Made by a program: the position numbers and the translations under genes. From the IMG/VR virus record IMGVR_UViG_3300030419_007010, positions 1 through 64,000 of that record: DNA of 64,000 nt; one strand, written 5' to 3'. Position 1 is the first letter of the stretch, and every line of letters starts with the position of its first letter. The notes under the pieces are model-generated. The model had not been told where the DNA came from. It made no database searches and saw only the letters and a list, made by a program, of their open reading frames with translations. The stretch comes from a virus. Shown in pieces: positions 9,559 to 17,849 of this stretch.

Positions 9559-9614
9559 AATTTTCTCCTATTGGGCTTGAGTATGCTTGGCTAATTTCCC
9601 AAACATCTGTATAC

Positions 9615-9643
9615 ATAATACTACGTGTGCAAACAAATGTCAA
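9615..9643 (-). promoter_or_regulatory. Sigma70-like promoter of the SSB gene
   Basis: Minus strand TTGACA (9643-9638), 17-nt spacer, TATTAT (9620-9615). Confidence 0.8.
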
Positions 9644-9650
9644 CACTTTT

Positions 9651-10493
9651 TTAAAGATTTTCTTCCTGAACCAAAGTAGCGTGCGCAACGCAATAAACAT
9701 AGTTTTGTTCATACTGTGTTGAATAGATACCATACGATACCTTCACGTTCTCGCTCTCTGATTTTTCTTTAAGTTGAGTTGTGATCTTTTTATATAGACC
9801 TCCGGAAGACTGTAATTCTTCTTCATTGATTGCATAATAAAAGATCTTTTCCCTTGGCATCTTTAAATCATAAAATAGTTTTTCTTCGCCGGTTTCAATA
9901 TCTGCGAAACCGAAAGTTGAAATTCTTGCCGTCTCTACTGGTTCTGAAAATGTGCTCATTTCAGGTTTAATATTTGAGTAGACATTTATCATATGCATAG
10001 TCGGGACAATTAAATTATTTAGTTTTTCATGGTAGCCAATCACAGGAACATCGCCTAAAACTGATTCGACCACAGGATTAGATACAATAAACATTCTCTT
10101 AAGTAACCCAGAGCGCGCGTATTGTTGCAACACATGAAAAACTACTTTTTCTTGCTTTAGTTTTGTTTCTGATAAGAGATCCGTGTCCGGCTTTATGTAC
10201 AATACATACAAATCTAAATTCTTAAGCTTTTCCAGTACTCTTAAGCACGCTCCAGATATATCTCCAGATCCTGACAAAATAAAAATAACCGGTCCTTTAA
10301 TTTTTTCAAAGAACGCCTTTCTTAATCTGGTTTTTGACTCATACAGTTCATGATTATCTTGTTTTGTTATCTTAAGGTAGTTATCTTCCTTTTTCGACTC
10401 CGCATCAATATAAAAAGCTTCGTATTGCGGGTATTGTGAAAATAACTTTGCGATATTACAGCCTGCTTCTCCCAGGCCGACTACTGTTCCCAT
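9651..10493 (-). CDS. Tubulin/FtsZ-family protein (PhuZ/TubZ-like), divergent
   Basis: N-terminal VVGLGEAGCNIA (T1 loop), degenerate T4 loop LSGSGDISGA, IKP and IVSN motifs at FtsZ-like spacing. Confidence 0.7.
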   Translation of the reverse strand: MGTVVGLGEAGCNIAKLFSQYPQYEAFYIDAESKKEDNYLKITKQDNHELYESKTRLRKAFFEKIKGPVIFILSGSGDISGACLRVLEKLKNLDLYVLYIKPDTDLLSETKLKQEKVVFHVLQQYARSGLLKRMFIVSNPVVESVLGDVPVIGYHEKLNNLIVPTMHMINVYSNIKPEMSTFSEPVETARISTFGFADIETGEEKLFYDLKMPREKIFYYAINEEELQSSGGLYKKITTQLKEKSESENVKVSYGIYSTQYEQNYVYCVAHATLVQEENL

Positions 10494-11671
10494 TCTATTC
10501 CTCTCATCTCACCAAAATTCTTACCAATAGATACATTGACCTTAAAATCTCCAAAATTTGTCCCGGAAAAAATTTTGGCAATCTCGAAAATCAAGTTTCG
10601 CTCTTCTTTTGCGAAGTCAAGCACCAACGAGTCGTGTATACTAAATGCTATGTAAGATTTCTTATCTTCTAGAAACTTGTCTAGTTCAATAAGCTTTCTT
10701 AAAAACAAATCATTGGTCGAACTTTGTATAATATAATTCAGAGCATGATATTTATCTGACTGTATCTGTCGGCCAAAAATAGTGTTGACCTGTTCCCCAT
10801 CCCAATACCTTTCCACTACTTCGTCTCTTCTGTAAGCTCTGTTTGATAAAAAATCTCTTGAGCTAGGGTTATAAAGCCAAGCGAACACTCTCTTCTTTGC
10901 TTCTTCCCTGTTAAGTAACCCTCTATATACGTTCTTCGCATTCCACTCGTGGATATCTTCTCGTGGTTGTTTCTCTTCTAACAAAGCTAATAGCATTCTC
11001 AATTCGGCAGCGTTATAATCTAGCTCAACAAACAAATCATTGTTTGGTTCTAAAACATTTCGGAATTCTTTGTCTAAAGTTAGTATAGGGAAGCTATCTT
11101 TTTTCACCGACAATCTTCCTGTCTTTGTTCCAAAGATATCATAACAAATATGAGGAGAAATTTTAGTTATTTTTTTATAAAACCGGCGGCCTCTCTTACT
11201 AATCATATGTTTACTCATCTGTTTGAGATTGACATTTAGATCTCTTTTATTAATGTTGTCAAGAGCTTTCGTTAAAGACAGCAAGAAGTCATAGTTATCT
11301 GGCTTTTCATAATTCTGGAAAACATAATGAGTTATTTGATTTTTAATCTCGCAATATTCTTTCAGGAAGCGCTCCGGTACCAGATCAAAAAAACAATTTT
11401 TGTTTAAATCGATCTTCGCTTCAGAAAAAGATATCAAAAAAGCCTTTAGTTTATTACTAACCTCTTCATATCTATCTTTTAGGCCGGCAGGGCATACTTC
11501 TTCTAGCGTTTTGCCTTCACAGTACAAACTAGCGTACTCTACATCATCATTTAAGTAGGCAGCGTAGCTCCACGTTCTCGTCAGGCCATCTGGTATATCC
11601 TCATAGTACAGTTCGCCATTAAGATACACTGCTGCGCATTCTTTTTTGTTGTCTAGTGTTTGAAATAACAT
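10481..11671 (-). CDS. polA: Minimal family A DNA polymerase
   Basis: TKTGRLS, motif A ELDYNAAELR, motif B REEAKKRVFAWLY, ALNYIIQS, motif C IHDSL; only 396 aa. Confidence 0.85.
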   Translation of the reverse strand: MLFQTLDNKKECAAVYLNGELYYEDIPDGLTRTWSYAAYLNDDVEYASLYCEGKTLEEVCPAGLKDRYEEVSNKLKAFLISFSEAKIDLNKNCFFDLVPERFLKEYCEIKNQITHYVFQNYEKPDNYDFLLSLTKALDNINKRDLNVNLKQMSKHMISKRGRRFYKKITKISPHICYDIFGTKTGRLSVKKDSFPILTLDKEFRNVLEPNNDLFVELDYNAAELRMLLALLEEKQPREDIHEWNAKNVYRGLLNREEAKKRVFAWLYNPSSRDFLSNRAYRRDEVVERYWDGEQVNTIFGRQIQSDKYHALNYIIQSSTNDLFLRKLIELDKFLEDKKSYIAFSIHDSLVLDFAKEERNLIFEIAKIFSGTNFGDFKVNVSIGKNFGEMRGIEWEQ

Positions 11672-13063
11672 TTAGTACCCAGAAGAGCCGCCAGTGATGT
11701 TGGTATTGGGCGAGGTAAATACTTCCGCAGAAGGAAGACTCGGTAAGGGCGCCGGAGAAGACGTTGTTTGATTAAGAAAAAGCAAATTCTTTTCCTCCGG
11801 TGAATATCCTTGCCAAAAGCTGCCCTTTCTATTAAAAATTGTTCTTCTAAACCCGTTAGTTTTTGTGTTAATAAAATCAAGTGCTGGCAAAAATCCTTCT
11901 TTTTCCAAAATATATTTTGATTCCAGAAACATATCATTAAATCCGTGAGATAGGCTTTGTTCTAGCATTCTTATGTTAAGAAAAGTCCTAAGCCAAAACT
12001 TGTCTCCAAACTTTTTCTTATAGAGATATGGTAGATCACCGTTGGCTTCTATTTGGCCTATTTTTTGTCTCGTAAATTTCATTTTTTTTGTTTTTACTTG
12101 TTTACTACCAACACATACAAAAGATTTATACACATGAGGCTCTGCAGCAAGAAGAGTGTTATAAAATTGTAGCAAATAATATCTAAGCAAATCTATATCA
12201 CCGTTGGCGCCGTCTCTCCATGGATCACCTTCGAATACCTTAAAATACAGAGTATCAAAAACTTCGTCAGGTGTCAAGCCATATTCTTCTAAATAAGATG
12301 CCATCCCAGTTTTAATCGTTTGTGGTTCAAAATTTGTTTGGCTTGGAAATGGGGGAGATTCGAACTGTCCGCTAGAAAATATGTTAGCCACCAAAGTCCA
12401 TGGTGCATTTTTATCTATATAAAAGCCAAATTTCTTTGCTGCTTTTCGAAAGAACAAAAAATTAGGATCGTTAATAAACTTCTGTTTTTTATCCAGGTCG
12501 CCCTTAAGGGTGCCTTTGTTATCCAATTCAATTACAAGGCCGCTCACATGCGGAGGACAGTATCTCGAAAGTATAAAAGATGTTTTGGTTATAGGTACCC
12601 TTGGAGAAACTGATGCTGCAAAGTCCAAAAACTGTTTAACAAAATCTTTAAAAGACAATATGCTTTCGCTTCTTTTGCCGACACCAAAATAAAAAGCGAA
12701 GCTTTGCATCAAGGTTTCCATGTGTGAGTGATACAATGAAGAAGCGCTTCTCCAGCCGCCGAGTGCTTCTAGGGTGCCATAAACGCCGCCGGATTGGATC
12801 TTGCCGTGAGCAGCAGCCTTTTTACAATAATTGCGCAAGTCTTTATACGCGTCCACAACAAAATTAGCTGCAAATATAGTGCCCTGTTTGCTTGGTACTT
12901 GCTTTAATTGAGTGTCTTTAAAACAAATCGCATTAGCTTCTCTGTCAATTCTTCCATAAAATATATTTTCGTACCAAAAATCTAATGCAGTGACGTCACC
13001 GCTAGATGGATAATATACTTGTTCATAAGCTTTAGCTTTTTCAAATTTTTCTATTGTAGACAT
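11672..13063 (-). CDS. Hypothetical protein
   Basis: 463-aa ORF abutting its neighbours; no motif recognised. Confidence 0.6.
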   Translation of the reverse strand: MSTIEKFEKAKAYEQVYYPSSGDVTALDFWYENIFYGRIDREANAICFKDTQLKQVPSKQGTIFAANFVVDAYKDLRNYCKKAAAHGKIQSGGVYGTLEALGGWRSASSLYHSHMETLMQSFAFYFGVGKRSESILSFKDFVKQFLDFAASVSPRVPITKTSFILSRYCPPHVSGLVIELDNKGTLKGDLDKKQKFINDPNFLFFRKAAKKFGFYIDKNAPWTLVANIFSSGQFESPPFPSQTNFEPQTIKTGMASYLEEYGLTPDEVFDTLYFKVFEGDPWRDGANGDIDLLRYYLLQFYNTLLAAEPHVYKSFVCVGSKQVKTKKMKFTRQKIGQIEANGDLPYLYKKKFGDKFWLRTFLNIRMLEQSLSHGFNDMFLESKYILEKEGFLPALDFINTKTNGFRRTIFNRKGSFWQGYSPEEKNLLFLNQTTSSPAPLPSLPSAEVFTSPNTNITGGSSGY

Positions 13064-13084
13064 AAAAATTGTTTCCTATTTAAT

Positions 13085-16000
13085 CTACCATTGATCTTCC
13101 GGCACTTTAGATTGTCGACAGTGGGTGTCGGGAGGTTCACCTAATTGTTCCGCCTCGATTTCACACGGCGTGAGCATTTTGCCAGTGGGGGTGGTCCGGT
13201 TCTGTTTTGCAGTGCTCTTTTTTTCTGCTGGGGCTTCTTCTACTTCAGGTGGTGTTGGGCCGATTATTCTTGGTTGGCGCGTTAGATCGCCTTTCGAGCC
13301 TCCGATTCTTTTAACCATGCCATCATTGATACCGTGGAGTATCGTTTCAAATCTGCCCGGTTCGATTATATTTTCCACCTTCGTTAAGAACACGTATCCC
13401 CCTAGACCTAGCTTGTATGTCAAAGATTTTTCTAAAGTTGCAGCCACACTACCTTGTTTTGCTAACCTTGGAGTAACATGCACTCTCATACCGGGCTTGA
13501 ATATAGTACTTCCAAAACATTTAAGAGTTACATTATATTGGTGTCTTAATTGCGCGGCGATTGGATCCGAACCGTCGGACACTGTTCTGGCCTCACGGAC
13601 ATGCGGCTGGTCTTGTCTATCAAAAGTTGCGTTCTTTAAAATCCCCCTATCCGAGCCTATTTGAAAATGATAAATTCCTTTAGAGGAATCTTGTGATCTA
13701 TTGCCAATTAAATTCCACGGTATACCGTCTTGGCAATATATAAATTCATAGAAAAACTCTCTCGGCGGATTCGAACCAATATTTGATAAAGGATACGGAG
13801 CGATTTCGTTTATATCTTGTATTCTTCCCCCTTGCGTATACTGCGTGGGTCGACCTTTCTTGCCGGTAACCACCATACCTACTCTGTCTTTTGCATTGGA
13901 AGCCTTTCCTTTGCCAGGGGCGGATAGCGAGGTGATATTAAATCTGGGTCTGACCGGGTACTTATAGAAACACCCGGGGCTCAAAGTTTCTAAAATAAGA
14001 TCTTTAACAACATCTCTTATAAAATTTCTAATATAATAGGTATCTTTTTGCGCTGCAATAACATTATTTAAATACCAATTCATAAACAAATTCAAAGAAA
14101 CAGGAAGATCGGCTAGATTAATCTGTACAGGGCTGTGATCTCGCGGATCCACAAATGTTATTGGACCCAATAGAAAACGAATATTAGAAAAAGTATAATC
14201 TTCCGTGTCTTTTTTATCTTTTCCCTTTTTTATTTTTGGATCATCTAGAGCTTGATAAAATGCTGCCTCTAACAAATCTCCAAGGTAAAAGAAGTTTATT
14301 CTATATTTATCCTTGTCTTTTGCTGGCGTAACAAACTTTTCCTTCGCTTCTTTTCGTTTCTTTTTTCTAGTTTTTTCATCCGTAGTGGCTTCGTCAAGGG
14401 CGCCGGAGGCAGAATCTAGATATTCTTTGTGCCTTGCCTTCAAGTCCGCAGAATCAGCCTTAAGAATTTGTATACCTGGATCCTTACGCGTTGTACCAGC
14501 ACCTTGAATTTTTGAAGACGTCATTTTAGATAATTGCTCTCTACCTTCAGTTAGTATGCCCATCATATTATGATTTACATCGATGTATCTCATTTTATCC
14601 ATCGCCAAAAGCCTATTTATCAAAGCTCCATATCTTTCTGTCTTTTCGTTTCTAGCGAATCTTGCTCTTCTTTCCTCTAATATCTTTTTTCTGTCCTCAT
14701 ATGTTCCCCTGTTGTTTTCAACACGAATCGGTCCAAGATCTTTGTAATTTGGCGCGTCGCCCAAAAAATCAAGACCCACTAAAAAATCAAAAGCTGCCAG
14801 CGAGGCTTTCTCAGCCATATTGTAATCTCCGGCTGGGTCTTCCTTCGTAAATTCAACTGTACTTTCAGTGTCCGTAGTGCCCTCTAGCTGTCTATTAATA
14901 AAAGCTAACTCTTTATCAATCTTTTTTAATTGTGTAGCTAGTCTTTTTGAAGTATAAAATAAATCTGCTCTATTTGAAGATAAGTGACTCTCCACAATTC
15001 CTTGCAAATCTATATCCAGTGTTCCACTGCCGTCTTCATTGAAGCTAAAAGTATGGTTTAATAAAACTAATCCGAGCGTAACAGAAGAGTTCTTTAAAAG
15101 ATTAACTAATGAGTTACCATCTTTATCTACCAGTTCGTTACCGGGAGGTTTGTGATATCCTATCGAAGCTTTTATCTCATAGTAGTCAGGATTCCATTCA
15201 TTAAATTTAACACCGTAGGGGTTGGGCTCTGGCGATTTACCTTTTTCTGGGCCGAACAAAATCAAATCCAAAAAAGTAGCAGTTCTTCCTCCTCCGGTTC
15301 CGTCACTTGCGCCGAGATCTTCGAGGTTTCGAAAAAATAGTGTTAGTTTACATCTGATATTCACATCAGCCTCAATAGGATTGGCACCGTAATATGTCCA
15401 TTCAAATCTTTTTAACGCAACACCTTCTTTAGTTCCTCCGGCTTTTGGGGCAAATGCATCTTTGATAGATTCACTAGTGTCGTTGTCTGCGAACAATATT
15501 TCTTTCTGGACAATCTTATCTTGCGGCTGATACCAAGACACAACATAATCTGACCTTCCATCTTCTGTAGATATCGGAGAATATTGTTTTACTTGCCTTT
15601 GCTTTTGGCGAAATCTTTTAAATAACCTAATTTTTGGTTGGATTCTTGCAAATATTTCTTGTGGCGCAGACATCAGCGGGCTTACTTCTGTTGGCGCAAC
15701 AATTTTGCTTATCACCGCCGAGGGATTTATAGTAGGGCCGGCCCCAATACATGTAAAATAATTTCCATATGGATTTCCCGCGTTATAGCCACAAATTTTT
15801 TCATAGTGATCTATTAAAAAACATTGTTCTTGAAATTTTCTTTCGGCCTTTACATCTGCGTCACTAGTAAGAACTTCATCAGCTGCTGCGTCGTCAGAGG
15901 CGTCGGCGCCGGCTTCTGCTAAAGCTCTATTCCTGGTAGTATTATTTTTCGAAGATAAAACTTCGCCCCACCAGCCCGGGGCCCCGGGATCATTTATTGT

Positions 16001-16588
16001 TTTACCTTCGTGGGGGGAGTCTTTTGGATGTATGCTTTCTTTAATTGTGTTTGACCACACTTGACTCCTTCTCATATGGCCAAGGACACTCGTGACCCAA
16101 TTTATTTTAATTTTATGATTAGGAACATAATCTTTTGTGCCTTGCGTTGTAGGGTGTTTCCTCCAAATTGGAGTTCCGGGCGGAGCATATGCGTTATTCG
16201 AATAAAAGACAGCCGCTGTTGCAAGAATAGGGGGTTCCTGGCCGGGGGGATAATGTGAAGCAGGGACAGGGGAGAAGGAAGCAAGATCCAGAAAGGCTTT
16301 AATCATGACTGTTTCAACAGCCCATAGAGTGTTATTTGTCAACAAAGGATCAGAGAAGTTGGCGCCGTATTTAAGCTCCTGTTTAATTCGGGCATGGGGA
16401 TCGGTGAACCCCCTTTCATTAGCTAATACTTGAGCATATTGAGATTTTTCAAAAATATCAAGCGCATGTTCAATAATATAAGGCTTTAAAACATGTGTAA
16501 ACGCGCCGGCATAATTCCACGGCATTGAGGGGTCCGGTGGAAAATATTTCTTAAAATCTTTTTGATAATCTTGTAAAGTCTTAGCCAT
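13085..16588 (-). CDS. Putative baseplate hub protein (gp27/late control D-like C-terminus)
   Basis: Lies after tape measure, tube initiator and LysM genes; C-terminal YNVTLKCFGSTIFKPGMRVHV...GGYVFLTKVENII...FETIL resembles hub beta-barrel ends. Confidence 0.5.
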   Translation of the reverse strand: MAKTLQDYQKDFKKYFPPDPSMPWNYAGAFTHVLKPYIIEHALDIFEKSQYAQVLANERGFTDPHARIKQELKYGANFSDPLLTNNTLWAVETVMIKAFLDLASFSPVPASHYPPGQEPPILATAAVFYSNNAYAPPGTPIWRKHPTTQGTKDYVPNHKIKINWVTSVLGHMRRSQVWSNTIKESIHPKDSPHEGKTINDPGAPGWWGEVLSSKNNTTRNRALAEAGADASDDAAADEVLTSDADVKAERKFQEQCFLIDHYEKICGYNAGNPYGNYFTCIGAGPTINPSAVISKIVAPTEVSPLMSAPQEIFARIQPKIRLFKRFRQKQRQVKQYSPISTEDGRSDYVVSWYQPQDKIVQKEILFADNDTSESIKDAFAPKAGGTKEGVALKRFEWTYYGANPIEADVNIRCKLTLFFRNLEDLGASDGTGGGRTATFLDLILFGPEKGKSPEPNPYGVKFNEWNPDYYEIKASIGYHKPPGNELVDKDGNSLVNLLKNSSVTLGLVLLNHTFSFNEDGSGTLDIDLQGIVESHLSSNRADLFYTSKRLATQLKKIDKELAFINRQLEGTTDTESTVEFTKEDPAGDYNMAEKASLAAFDFLVGLDFLGDAPNYKDLGPIRVENNRGTYEDRKKILEERRARFARNEKTERYGALINRLLAMDKMRYIDVNHNMMGILTEGREQLSKMTSSKIQGAGTTRKDPGIQILKADSADLKARHKEYLDSASGALDEATTDEKTRKKKRKEAKEKFVTPAKDKDKYRINFFYLGDLLEAAFYQALDDPKIKKGKDKKDTEDYTFSNIRFLLGPITFVDPRDHSPVQINLADLPVSLNLFMNWYLNNVIAAQKDTYYIRNFIRDVVKDLILETLSPGCFYKYPVRPRFNITSLSAPGKGKASNAKDRVGMVVTGKKGRPTQYTQGGRIQDINEIAPYPLSNIGSNPPREFFYEFIYCQDGIPWNLIGNRSQDSSKGIYHFQIGSDRGILKNATFDRQDQPHVREARTVSDGSDPIAAQLRHQYNVTLKCFGSTIFKPGMRVHVTPRLAKQGSVAATLEKSLTYKLGLGGYVFLTKVENIIEPGRFETILHGINDGMVKRIGGSKGDLTRQPRIIGPTPPEVEEAPAEKKSTAKQNRTTPTGKMLTPCEIEAEQLGEPPDTHCRQSKVPEDQW

Positions 16589-16598
16589 TTATTCCCCA

Positions 16599-16943
16599 TC
16601 ACAAGCCCAAATAAATTTCGATAGCTCTATCGAGCGGAGTAGGGATATAAATAATATCACCAGTCTTTAAGTGAGCCTCTGTTGGCTTTTTATTATACCA
16701 CGCGATGACCCACCAATATCTAGAATCTTCATAATATTTATGAGCTAGTTTAAAATATCTATCCCCCACTTTCCATATATGACTTACACTATTTAATGTT
16801 CGAATAGCCTCATGTGAGGGAAAATAAATTGTTGGTGTTTCATATTGAGTTATTCTTTTCCTTCCTCGTTTTTCTAGAAAAGCTTTTTTAAATTTTTTGC
16901 TCGGATTTGATATAGCCATTTCGTTGTCATATCTGTTTGCCAT
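16599..16943 (-). CDS. LysM-like baseplate wedge protein (T4 gp53 / P2 tail X-like)
   Basis: HIWKVGDRYFKLAHKYYEDSRYWWVIAWYN...LKTGDIIYIP. Confidence 0.8.
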   Translation of the reverse strand: MANRYDNEMAISNPSKKFKKAFLEKRGRKRITQYETPTIYFPSHEAIRTLNSVSHIWKVGDRYFKLAHKYYEDSRYWWVIAWYNKKPTEAHLKTGDIIYIPTPLDRAIEIYLGL

Positions 16944-16945
16944 AA

Positions 16946-17848
16946 TTAACCCCCGCCCCCGGCTTTAAATGTTAGGGCTTCAAGTATTCTTGCCTGTTTT
17001 TCGCTATCACTTAATGGATCAGTACCGGCAGTAGCCGCTGATGGTTCTTCAACAGGGGGGACTGCAGAGGCATCTTGGCCGGCTAGCGAGCCGGGGAGCG
17101 CGACAAATCCATCAACTTCTACGGATTCTTTTGTCAGTTCATTTTTTAGAGCACGTTTATCGACACCATATGGAAATGATTTTTCACCACGCCACTTGGG
17201 ATCGCCTCTAGTCCAGCCTAGGCTATCTTCGTGGATAACATTAAAAGAACAATTCATTTGTAATAGTTTTGGGTACAAGCGCAGACCAGCCGGCGGATCG
17301 TCTCCGGAGCGATCGCCCCCTCGCTCTTCAAAATATCCATTTTCTACAACCGGAGTTATAACTAAATTTGGTATATATCCTGCCAGTCCGCTTGTTGTAA
17401 CGTTTCCTAGGCCGTCTCCCTTCGAAATTATATTTGCAAATTTCAGTCTTATTATAGGAGACCCAATAATTGAAGCGTGACCTTTTACCCCTCCATACGA
17501 AGGGTATAACATCTTGGTTAATTCAGAGGAAGCGACAAGATTCGCGCGTGCTTCATCAGCATCCCAAGCTGGTATGTCCCATGCCAAACTTAAAGTCCTT
17601 ACGGTGTTTTGATAAATACGGAAAGGATCCATCCTACCGTAAGCAGCCTCTTCGTTGAAGTTAACATTGTAGGTGTCACTAAAAGACGTTAAAAATCCCT
17701 TAAAAACAACTATTTGTGCTCCTGCCTTTTTGCCGCCGGCGGCAGTATTAATATTATAAAATTCGATATTGGCGCGATTAGAATTGGCTTGAATTAATTT
17801 GGTACGGCTGGTTTGACCTGCTAAACTATTTGTCCAATTTGTTCCCAT
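16946..17848 (-). CDS. Tail tube initiator / baseplate protein (gp48/gp54-like)
   Basis: FKGFLTSFSDTY...YGRMDP...YQNTVRTLSLAW, LYPSY, SPIIRLKF; directly after tape measure. Confidence 0.6.
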   Translation of the reverse strand: MGTNWTNSLAGQTSRTKLIQANSNRANIEFYNINTAAGGKKAGAQIVVFKGFLTSFSDTYNVNFNEEAAYGRMDPFRIYQNTVRTLSLAWDIPAWDADEARANLVASSELTKMLYPSYGGVKGHASIIGSPIIRLKFANIISKGDGLGNVTTSGLAGYIPNLVITPVVENGYFEERGGDRSGDDPPAGLRLYPKLLQMNCSFNVIHEDSLGWTRGDPKWRGEKSFPYGVDKRALKNELTKESVEVDGFVALPGSLAGQDASAVPPVEEPSAATAGTDPLSDSEKQARILEALTFKAGGGG

Positions 17849-17849
17849 T

